Shown piece by piece: positions 46,758-55,600 of a stretch of 64,000 nucleotides of DNA (position 1 is the first letter of the stretch; each line of letters begins with the position of its first letter). Location of the stretch: positions 32,001 through 96,000 of the IMG/VR virus record IMGVR_UViG_3300028844_006119. The stretch is one strand, 5' to 3'. The translations under genes and the position numbers were made by a program. Origin of the DNA: a virus. The notes below the pieces were generated by a model. That model did no database searches, had not been told where the DNA came from, and saw nothing but the letters and a program-made list of their open reading frames with translations.

Positions 46758-47936
46758 ATGTCTGTAATCGACCACCATGACGACCTATGCGAGTCCTTCC
46801 TGGCCTCTGTAGACCCCAATCAGGTGTCTGAGATCATGAAGACCTCTTCCTGGAGGGAGTCCTCGGACCTCCTGGACCGGGACTTTGCGCTCATCCTGGT
46901 GGACGAGGTCGGCAAGGAGCACAGGAAGTTTGCCTGTTTCGACTCCGGCAATGCGCTGATGTCGGAGTGGTACCTTTTGCACGCTGAGCACGGCCTAGAC
47001 AGCGACTCCGTCAAGACCGCCGCCGCCAACATCGTAGACTCCCTGGAGCACTACGGACTGACCCCTGCACCCGCTTCCGTTTACCTGGCAGACCGTACTT
47101 CCGGGGCAGATTCTCGGAGGGTTAAGGTAGCTGGGGCTCCAATGTCTGACTCCCACAGCTCTATTCGCGCCGCAAAGGGTGGGGCGATTGGGGGAGCAGC
47201 TCTGGGAGCGATTTCTGGAGCTAAGGGAGGGGGGACTCCTCTTCAGATCGCCGGTCGGATGCTAGGCAGAGGCGCCGCAGTGGGCACCGCTGGCGCGCTG
47301 GGAGTGGGCGGTATGGACTACACAGCCAAGAACGCCTCGGCGTTTGACTACGTAGCAGACGCTGCCGCTTCGTGGGACGACCTCGATCCGTACGACAGAC
47401 ACGAAGTTGCTGTAAATCTGGTGAAGGTCGCCTCCGCAGGCGGAGCAACCGTTCCTGGCCACATTCGCGCCTACAGCGGCACTTCCTTGAGCCCGAACTT
47501 CAAGAAGATCGCAGAGGCCCGCAGGGACTTCACCTCCCAGCAAGACACCCAGGACGGGTACACGCGGTTGTCGAAGATGGCCGCGGCCATGGACCCTGAT
47601 GATGTCGTCGAGGCCATGTACCTCCTAGACGAGCAGGCCCAGATCAACCACCGCTACGGAAGTCGCATCCCCGACCCAGTTCTGTCCGTCTATGGCACCA
47701 CCAAGGAGGCAGAGTTCTCCTGGACCCACGGCGGCGACTATGTGAACGAGAGGATGCTAAAGAGGTACGCGGGCAGCGATTCCTCCCAGAAGATGGAAGA
47801 TGTCTTCACCGATGATCTCAAGGATCTCTTTCGGAGAGACCCCATCTCTGTGTTCAAGCGGATGCCCGACGAGCAGAAGATCCTCCTCGCTAGAATGGCC
47901 TCCCAGTCCCGAGATAACAATAACGGCGGATACTGA
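46758..47936 (+). CDS. Putative head (core/scaffold-type) protein with multiple KxA sites and a glycine-zipper cassette
   Basis: GGAG RBS before ATG 46758; 8 of 18 Lys are in K-x-A (hand count); upstream of portal. Confidence 0.6.
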   Translation: MSVIDHHDDLCESFLASVDPNQVSEIMKTSSWRESSDLLDRDFALILVDEVGKEHRKFACFDSGNALMSEWYLLHAEHGLDSDSVKTAAANIVDSLEHYGLTPAPASVYLADRTSGADSRRVKVAGAPMSDSHSSIRAAKGGAIGGAALGAISGAKGGGTPLQIAGRMLGRGAAVGTAGALGVGGMDYTAKNASAFDYVADAAASWDDLDPYDRHEVAVNLVKVASAGGATVPGHIRAYSGTSLSPNFKKIAEARRDFTSQQDTQDGYTRLSKMAAAMDPDDVVEAMYLLDEQAQINHRYGSRIPDPVLSVYGTTKEAEFSWTHGGDYVNERMLKRYAGSDSSQKMEDVFTDDLKDLFRRDPISVFKRMPDEQKILLARMASQSRDNNNGGY

Positions 47937-48727
47937 TGTCCTTGTTCAAGGACGAGCAGGCTCATCCATTGATCCTCCTCAGGAAGTACCTGGGGATGTT
48001 CGGCATTGACGCCCTGGAGTGGGAGCCGCCCGTGATCAAGAGCTCGGTAGAGGATGAGACGGGGACTTCAATCGCCCGGATCAACCTGCTGAAGCTCATG
48101 GCCGCCATCGCCGTGGCCAATCACGATTCGTTCTGGAAGGACTGGCAGACGTTCCACTTCCTTACCGCTGCCTTGAACAACAACATCCCATCCGCCGCAG
48201 TCCTGTCGGATCAGACCGTGGGACAGATGATGACCGCGGTAGACATCGCGAACACCATACGTAAAGACTTGGGGAAGGCCACGTCAGTGCCTTCCTTTGG
48301 GGAGAAAGTCGCTCGGTACATCGCAGCGCAGGCCCTCGAGTCTGGAATTTGGTACCTGCCGTCCCCTCTAGGCTTCGCAAACAAGTACTGTGCCGGGCTC
48401 ATGCAGCGGTGCGGGAGATGCAGTAATGAGGAGGAGCGTCAGGATGACGGGCTCTGTAGTTATTGTACGGAGAGGTACAGCATGGACTCCCTGCAGAAGA
48501 TGGAGCCAGATCCCGACCTGGCAGGGCAATGGGACGCATCTAAGGTGAAGCCTTTTACCCTGCACCCATACGAGGGAGTAAGTCAGCGCCTGACCGAAGC
48601 TCTCACCCATAAGGACGTGGTCCTGGGGGAGACTCAGGATGACATCTGCGCCGCTAAACTGCTGACCGGACTGGAGTACATGAGCTATAGAAGGGCTCAA
48701 CTCAGGTCTCAAGGGGCGACTCAGTGA
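47936..48727 (+). CDS. Hypothetical head-module protein with Zn ribbon
   Basis: CGRC...CSYC; TGATG overlap. Confidence 0.6.
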   Translation: MSLFKDEQAHPLILLRKYLGMFGIDALEWEPPVIKSSVEDETGTSIARINLLKLMAAIAVANHDSFWKDWQTFHFLTAALNNNIPSAAVLSDQTVGQMMTAVDIANTIRKDLGKATSVPSFGEKVARYIAAQALESGIWYLPSPLGFANKYCAGLMQRCGRCSNEEERQDDGLCSYCTERYSMDSLQKMEPDPDLAGQWDASKVKPFTLHPYEGVSQRLTEALTHKDVVLGETQDDICAAKLLTGLEYMSYRRAQLRSQGATQ

Positions 48728-49689
48728 TTTCCAGCGGCTCCCTCTTTTTCTTCAGCGACGAAATACAAAAGTGTGCAGGCATGCCTGCGCCTCAGCAAGC
48801 GCAGCAACCTGAGAAGAAACAGAGCTTTCTCTCCAGGAACAAGATGACTTTGGGAGCCGGCGCTCTTGCCGCAGGGATGATCCTAAAGAACCCCCAGGCA
48901 GCCTCCAAGTACCTGGGCCAAGTGAAGCAGATGGTCACTAACCCTAAGGCAGCCCTTCAGCGTGGCTGGAGATCTGGCTCATCCAACATCACCGGCAAGG
49001 TCCCCGGGGCCTCCGAGTCGGCGTCCAAGAGAGTCAGACTGTACAAGGACGTCTTAAGCTCGGCCGAGCAAGGCAAGCTTCAGTCCGTCAAATCCCTCGA
49101 CACTATTGGCGCGGGGGGAACTTCTGCGAGAGCTTCGGGCTGGGGAAGCGCGGGTAGGTCGTTCAGTAGAGCAGGACAAGAGCTAAAGATGTCCCCCGAT
49201 CTCACTAAGAGAGTGGGAGACATGCAAGCCAAGCTCAAGGCCGGAGAAGAAGTCTCAGAGCAAGCCTTGAAGGGCCTTTATGCTGAGATTCAGGGTGCTG
49301 GAAAGGGCCTTAAGATGAGGAAGGGCCTGTCGTACTATGCCCCTGGAGAGCGTACGATGATGACAGGTCTGGGCACAGGTCTGGGGGCAACGGCGGGCCT
49401 TGAGACCCACGATGCGGAAACAGGACGCAAGAGGGGCGTGGCGGAGCGAGTTGCTCGCGGGACTGTCGGTGCTGCGACTGGCACCGCGATGTCCTCCCTA
49501 TTCATGGGACGAGGCGCAAGGCTCAGCAGCAAGAACTTATTCACAGGAAATAGAGGCTCTCTGCTCAGCCAAAAGGGACTTCTGCCAGTCGCGGCAACGA
49601 CTCCCCTACTGGTGGGTACTGAGGCCGCTGGGGAGGTCGCGGGGAAGGGCGGAGAGCTGGCCGACAGAGCCTTTGGACAGAAATCATGA
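48724..49689 (+). CDS. Basic Gly/Ala-rich KxA-motif protein (putative virion cargo)
   Basis: FFSDEIQKCAG leader; LGAGALAAG, GLGTGLGATAG, GTVGAATG segments. Confidence 0.6.
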   Translation: MISSGSLFFFSDEIQKCAGMPAPQQAQQPEKKQSFLSRNKMTLGAGALAAGMILKNPQAASKYLGQVKQMVTNPKAALQRGWRSGSSNITGKVPGASESASKRVRLYKDVLSSAEQGKLQSVKSLDTIGAGGTSARASGWGSAGRSFSRAGQELKMSPDLTKRVGDMQAKLKAGEEVSEQALKGLYAEIQGAGKGLKMRKGLSYYAPGERTMMTGLGTGLGATAGLETHDAETGRKRGVAERVARGTVGAATGTAMSSLFMGRGARLSSKNLFTGNRGSLLSQKGLLPVAATTPLLVGTEAAGEVAGKGGELADRAFGQKS

Positions 49690-51788
49690 ACGTAGTTTCT
49701 AGCGAATCAAACCGATTCAACCCGCGCCCTGTCGACTATGAGGGTGGCCGGGGCTTCGGCATTCGCTACCCGTCCCCCTTCTTCGATGTCGCGCAGCAGT
49801 TTCTTCCGTCCGACGTACACCAGCTCCATCACTGGTGTCGGTACTACTTTCTGACCAACCCGGTTATCAACGCTGCCTGCTCCAAGATGGCGGAGTACCC
49901 CGTCACTCCTCTCGTCTTTGAGACGGAAGACCCCAAGCTGGTAGAGCTGGGCAAGTCCCTAGAAGATCAGCTAAAGCTGCGATCTTTTCAGGTTGAAGTC
50001 GGACTAGACTACTTTGTCTACGGAAATGCGTTCATCTCGCTGTTCTTCCCGTTTGAGAAGTACCTCCTCTGCCCGAAGTGCAAGGAGCGTTACCGCGCCA
50101 GCAAGAACCGCTTCAGATACAAGTGGCGGAGCGGTCGCTTCTATCTGAAGGAGTGCAAGTGCGGGTACCAGGGGTACGCGAAGCAGCAGGATGTCTACAT
50201 CCGCAGCGCGCGCGACATTCGCCTGGTTCGGTGGAATCCAGAGAACGTCAACATCAAGTACAACGAGATCACAGGTAAGGCGAAGTACTACTTCAAGCTG
50301 CCTCGAGCGATCGCCAACGATATCAAGTTGGGCGACGCGGACACGATCGAGACGCTACCCCTTGAGTTCCTAGAGGCTGCCCGTAAGAAGAAGTCCCTCC
50401 TGTTTACTCAGGACAACCTCTATCACTTGAAGCGTCCGACGATTGCCCAGAAGGATCAGGGCTGGGGCACTCCCCTGATCTACCCCTTGCTGAAGGACGC
50501 GTTCTACCTGCAGGTCATGAAGAAGGCGAACGAGGCGGTCCTCATGGAACACATCGTTCCTATGAGGATACTCTTCCCTGGGCAGAGCACGGGCGGGAAT
50601 GAGGGTCCATACGGATCCTATAACCTGAGCAACTGGAAAAAGAAGGTAGACGCTGAGATCAACATGTGGCGTCGGGACCACAACTACATCCCAGTTCTGC
50701 CCGTGAACGTCGGGTTCCAGCAGATCGGCGGACAGGGCCGAGCCCTTCTGATGTACCAGGAGATGCGTCTTCTTTCGGAGCAGATGCTCGCGGGCGCAGG
50801 AATCCCTGTCGAGTTCATCTTCGGCGGGCTTCAGTGGAGCGGGTCCAGCACCTCCCTCCGGGCTCTGGAGAACATGTTCCTGGGGTACAACAAGCAGCGC
50901 CATGAGCTCGTAAACAAGTTCATCGTGGAGAAGGTTTGCTCCTTCATGCGTTGGCCCAAGATCTCGGTGCGCTTTGACAAGTTCAAGATGGCCGACGATC
51001 TGCAGAGAAGCATGTTCTACCTGCAGCTCAACCAGGCGCAGAAGGTCAGTGACCGCAGGCTGCTTGAGGAGATCGGAGAGAACTTCGATCTCGAGAACGA
51101 TCGCATGATGTCCGAGCTAAAGAAGAACCTTCAGACGCAGCGCACCATGCAGGTCGCCGGTGCTGACGTTCAGGGAGAGATCCAGCTTCGCACTTCCCGG
51201 TACCAGGCTAAGTCTCAGTCCCTAATGGCGAAGGCACAGGCCGAAGTCCAGATGGAGATGCAGAAGAAGCAGCTGGAGATGCAGCAGCAGATGCAGCAGC
51301 AGGTGCAGCAGGGTGCAAACCCTCAACAGGTTCAGGCGGCGCAGCAGGCGGCGCAGCAACAACAAGGCGCAGCAGCACAGGCCGCCCCGCAAGGTCAGGC
51401 TCAGCAGGGCGGAGGTCAGGCTCAGCAGACTCCCGGTATGCCGGACGGGGCCACCGCGTACGATGAGAACGCGAAGTCTCCTAACGACACGGGGATGCCC
51501 GCAGCTATGGCGGGTATGACTTCTCAGATCCAGCAGGGAGCTGGAGGAGTAGACCTTCGATACATCGCCCAGAGAGCCGCGGCGTTCTTGAAAACGGTCA
51601 AGAAGGAGCAGGGCCCTGAGGCCATGTACAAGTCTTTGGCCGAGATGCAAACCGGCAATCCGAATCTCTATCAGCTGGTTGTCCAGCTATTGAACGATAC
51701 AGGATCTAAGGAAAATCCCCAGAACGCCCAGGCGGCCCCCAAGCCTAACGGGAATCCGCAAGCGGATATTTCCCGTCAGGTGGGGTAG
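49686..51788 (+). CDS. Portal protein
   Basis: YFLTNPVINAACSKMAEY, DYFVYGNAF, YHLKR...GWGTPLI, AGAGIPVEFI, V.FDK; Gln-rich C-terminal tail. Confidence 0.8.
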   Translation: MNVVSSESNRFNPRPVDYEGGRGFGIRYPSPFFDVAQQFLPSDVHQLHHWCRYYFLTNPVINAACSKMAEYPVTPLVFETEDPKLVELGKSLEDQLKLRSFQVEVGLDYFVYGNAFISLFFPFEKYLLCPKCKERYRASKNRFRYKWRSGRFYLKECKCGYQGYAKQQDVYIRSARDIRLVRWNPENVNIKYNEITGKAKYYFKLPRAIANDIKLGDADTIETLPLEFLEAARKKKSLLFTQDNLYHLKRPTIAQKDQGWGTPLIYPLLKDAFYLQVMKKANEAVLMEHIVPMRILFPGQSTGGNEGPYGSYNLSNWKKKVDAEINMWRRDHNYIPVLPVNVGFQQIGGQGRALLMYQEMRLLSEQMLAGAGIPVEFIFGGLQWSGSSTSLRALENMFLGYNKQRHELVNKFIVEKVCSFMRWPKISVRFDKFKMADDLQRSMFYLQLNQAQKVSDRRLLEEIGENFDLENDRMMSELKKNLQTQRTMQVAGADVQGEIQLRTSRYQAKSQSLMAKAQAEVQMEMQKKQLEMQQQMQQQVQQGANPQQVQAAQQAAQQQQGAAAQAAPQGQAQQGGGQAQQTPGMPDGATAYDENAKSPNDTGMPAAMAGMTSQIQQGAGGVDLRYIAQRAAAFLKTVKKEQGPEAMYKSLAEMQTGNPNLYQLVVQLLNDTGSKENPQNAQAAPKPNGNPQADISRQVG

Positions 51789-52048
51789 CGCAGCATGGGG
51801 AGATCTATGCCCGCAGGGAACTTCAGCGGATCCCCGGCCCCTGAGGGGTACAGGTACGCAAGGATTTCCCTGGAGTTGTCTATTAGGCATCTTTCGTGGA
51901 AGATCGGCTCTTGGTCTCCTGAGTCGAAGTAGGTCTCCGATACGGTGTACCTCTTTGGCCTCCTCCCCACCTCATACCTGGACAGGCTGACCATCTTCTC
52001 ATTCTCTACGATCTGGGCCGTGCACCAGTCGCACTTGAATCTATCCAT
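51776..52048 (-). CDS. Small Zn-finger protein
   Basis: CDWC...HERC. Confidence 0.6.
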   Translation of the reverse strand: MDRFKCDWCTAQIVENEKMVSLSRYEVGRRPKRYTVSETYFDSGDQEPIFHERCLIDNSREILAYLYPSGAGDPLKFPAGIDLPMLRYPT

Positions 52049-52352
52049 CGACGATGGCCAGCATCAGTACTCCGCTCTCATACCCGCAGATTTCGCATTT
52101 ACCGTTGCCGTAGTAAGGCTGTAGGATGAGACCCTCGGTGCAGGTCGAGCAGACCCACAAGTAGTCCCCAAACGCATTATCGATAAGAGAGCATGTCTCA
52201 CACGCCACATCACTACAGAGGCTTTCGGCCAAGGGACAGTACGCCGTATGTATCGGCTCGTCCCTCTGCTTCTTCTCTGTCGGGACCGCCGGGGCATCTA
52301 AAGAGAAGCCGGAGGGCCGGGCAAAAAGCCCGGCCCTCCTCTTCTTACTCAC
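52041..52352 (-). CDS. Small Cys-rich protein
   Basis: CETC, CSTC, CEIC plus other Cys. Confidence 0.55.
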   Translation of the reverse strand: MSKKRRAGLFARPSGFSLDAPAVPTEKKQRDEPIHTAYCPLAESLCSDVACETCSLIDNAFGDYLWVCSTCTEGLILQPYYGNGKCEICGYESGVLMLAIVDG

Positions 52353-52452
52353 CGTCGAGCTCGTCTAGCTCAGCGAGCGCGTCCTTCAGGACGCGCTCGC
52401 TCTGCTGCATCAGCCCCACCACGAAGGCGAGGCCGAATAGCCCCACGACCAC
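52345..52452 (-). CDS. 35-aa peptide with hydrophobic N-terminus (not in ORF track)
   Basis: Hand translation MVVGLFGLAFVVGLMQQSERVLKDALAELDELDGE; GGAGG upstream; overlaps both neighbours. Confidence 0.45.
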   Translation of the reverse strand: MVVGLFGLAFVVGLMQQSERVLKDALAELDELDGE

Positions 52453-52535
52453 TACGCCTCCCGAAAGAGGCGGTCAACCTCTTCTTGTGGGGTCTCGGGG
52501 GTCGGGGTCTCAGTCTCGTCAGCTGTATAGATCAT
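52452..52535 (-). CDS. 27-aa acidic peptide (not in ORF track)
   Basis: AAGGAG RBS; hand translation MIYTADETETPTPETPQEEVDRLFREA. Confidence 0.45.
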   Translation of the reverse strand: MIYTADETETPTPETPQEEVDRLFREA

Positions 52536-52546
52536 TCTTCACTCCT

Positions 52547-52584
52547 TTTTGGTCGGGCTATGTCCCGACCAAAAGAGTTATGAC
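52547..52584 (-). promoter_or_regulatory. GTCATAA motif plus 11-bp hairpin in the divergent gap before the RNAP gene
   Basis: TTTTGGTCGGG 52547-57 / CCCGACCAAAA 52564-74; TTATGAC 52578-84. Confidence 0.55.
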
Positions 52585-52605
52585 TCGTAAACAATAAGGA
52601 TTCAC

Positions 52606-55600
52606 ATGGCAAACCTGGCTCCAGGGGACGCATACCGCCTCCTCGAAGAAAGAACCAAAGAAGCCATCAAGAGTCACTTCCCGGTCGAAGGCCGAGAAAA
52701 CAGACTCGAGTTGGTAGATATTTCCACGGATGAGGATGCCTCCTCTGCGTCTGGAAAGCACCACAGCTACAACCACACGTCTCAGACGGACGCAAAGCTC
52801 CATGACAGAACATGGGGTCCCAACATCGTAGGGACGTTCCGGCTCGTAAACATGGAGACGGGTAAGGTCGTAGACCAGGGGAAGCGCACCCTGGGCCAGC
52901 TGCCTAAGATCACCAGTCGGTACAGCTACATCGTTGAGGGGAACGAACGTCAAGTCGACAGCGTCTTCCGCCTTAACCCCGGCGCCTATCACGTAGAGGC
53001 CGACAACGGAGATCTTCTTGCGAAGTGGAACGTCGCCGCAGGATCCAAGGTTGGTTCGTTCAAGATCTCCATTGAGCGTAAGCATCCCAAGAAACTGGGG
53101 GCCATGTACCTGATTGTGAAGAGTGGCACGCAGTCTACTCGCAAGATCCCGGCGTACGGAATCCTCTCCGCCCTGGGAGTATCCGACCCTGCTATGCGCA
53201 AGGCGTGGGGAGAATCCGTATTCGAGGTAAACCGCAGGATCTCCAAGCCCAACGACCTTCTAAACTTTCACGAAGCGGTGGAGAAGCGCCGAGCGGGCAA
53301 GGATAAGTACGAGACGCCTACCCTCTCCGAGGCCCGCAAGTTTGCGAAGGAAGTCTTCGAGGGCGCAGAAGTAAACCCCGATACGATGCTTGCTACGCTG
53401 GGCAAGAAGTTCACCAACATCTCTGGGGACGCTCTCCTGGCCTCCTCGGCCAAGGTGGTGGGAATTAGCAAGGGGACCGCGGAGCCTGACGACAGACAGT
53501 CTCTCTCCAACAAGCGCCTCTTCGGGATGGAAGATTTCATCCACGAGGAGATCTCTAAGGGATCGTCTCGGTTCGAGATGCAGAAGAAGATCCGGAACAA
53601 CCTCGATCGTAAGGGCAAGATCTCAGACATTCTTCCGGCTGCGTCCGTGGGGTATGGGAGGCTGATCACGCGCAAGTTCAAGGCTGCCCAACTTCCGACC
53701 CAGACAAATCCCCTTCAGTTCGTGTCTAACCACACGAAGACGACCATTCTCGGTCAGGCGTTTGGCGGAATTAAGGGAGACAATGTCAACCTTGATCGAG
53801 ACAAGCTGATCAATCCCTCTCACTTGGGGCTGCTTGATCCTCTGCAGACACCAGAGAACACCTCTACCGGCGTCTCGCTGCACATCCCAATCGGGGCCAA
53901 TAAGAAAGGTCAGCAGCTTTACACAAAAGTCCTGAACGTAAAGACCGGGAAGTTCGAGAATAAAAACGCAGCGGAGATGGAGAAGGCCGTCGTTGCATAC
54001 CCCGACCAGGTGAAAATCACCCGCACGAAGACCGGAGCCACAGTCCGGCCCCTGCACCCCGACGTTGTCGTCTATGACTCAGACCGCAGCACGGCCAAGA
54101 GGCCCTGGAAGGACGTCCAGTACGTTCTTCCCAACGCAAAGACACTATTCTCGGTTAGCGCAAACATGATCCCGTTCGTTCAGAACGACAACGGGAACCG
54201 AGCCATGATGGCCGCTAAGCACCAGGAGCAAGCAGTCTCTCTGAAAGACCGAGAAGCCCCGCTGGTTCAGGCTGAATTTGCGGGAGGGGTCTCATTCGAC
54301 CAGATGATCGGCAAGTTGAACTCTACTACCGCTAGTGTGGCCGGAACTGTGTCGAGAATCACCAAGGATTCTGTTTACATAAAGGGCGCGGCAGGAAAAG
54401 CGGTGTCCCACCCGATCTACAACCACCATCCCCTCAACGGCACGAAGCACATGATGCATTCGACTCCGGTTGTGAAGGTGGGAGACAAGGTAAAGGTTGG
54501 ACAGCTCATCGCCGACTCTAACTTCACCAAGGACGGCACCCTATCCTTGGGTACGAATCTTCGCGTCGGGTATCTGCCGTACAAGGGCTACAACTTTGAG
54601 GACGGGACCGTCATCTCGGAGACTGCCGCCAAGAAGTTGGTGTCCACCCATCTCCACATCGAAGAAGCGGAGATGTTCGCCAACGTAGTCGTAAACAGGA
54701 AGCTGTGGAGAAACTTCGCTGGGGCCAACAAGGCCACGGCAGAAGTGATGAGCAAGCTGGACGAGGATGGCGTCATCAAGGAGGGAGCCAAGGTAGTTCC
54801 CGACGATGTGTTGATCACTCGGCTGGTCAAGGCGGAGATGACTCGAGAGAACCAGGACGTCAAGAGGTCCCTGAAGAAGGCTATCCGGGACTACAAAGAC
54901 GCCGCAGTGGTCTGGAAGCATGAGTACGGCGGCACTGTCGTTCGAGTCGTCAAGACTGCGAAGAAGATCCAGGTTCATATCCGCACTGAGCAGACAATGG
55001 AGCCCGGAGATAAGCTGTCGGGGCGTCACGGTAACAAGGGAATCATCACCAAGATCCTGCCTGACGATATGATGCCCAAGGATAAGAGCGGGAAGCCCGT
55101 CCATGTCCTGATGAGCCCCGCAGGCGTCCCATCCCGTATGAATGTCGGGCAGGTCCTGGAGACGGCTGCAAGTAAGATTGCCCGCAAGACGGGAAAGTCG
55201 TACAAGATCGAGAACTTCGATGCCTCCGTTGATTACTCCCAGAAGATTAAGGATGAGCTCAAGAAGCACAATCTTTCCGATACGGAGGAGCTTTTCGATC
55301 CCGAAACCGGAGAGTCTCTCGGGCAGATCTTTACGGGTGAGCAGTACATGCTCAAGCTGGACCACCAGGCCGAAAAGAAGGTGTCTGCCCGATCTGGAGG
55401 ATCTGGGTATGCCTATCGGCCCACCGGCGAGGCAATCTCCGGTTCGGGCATCGGGAAGGGCGGGCAACGAATTGGTGGCCTAGACACCTACGCTCTGCTG
55501 GCACACGGAGCCAAGAGAAATCTGATGGAGATGCAGACCTACAAGTCTGACTCCGAGCAGGCCCGGGATGTCTGGATTCGGGTGATGCAGGGACAGCGTC

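Noticed and set aside
51250-51430. CAG-rich DNA repeat (also the 32270-32400 repeats)
   Set aside because: Explained by low-complexity protein coding; not an array.
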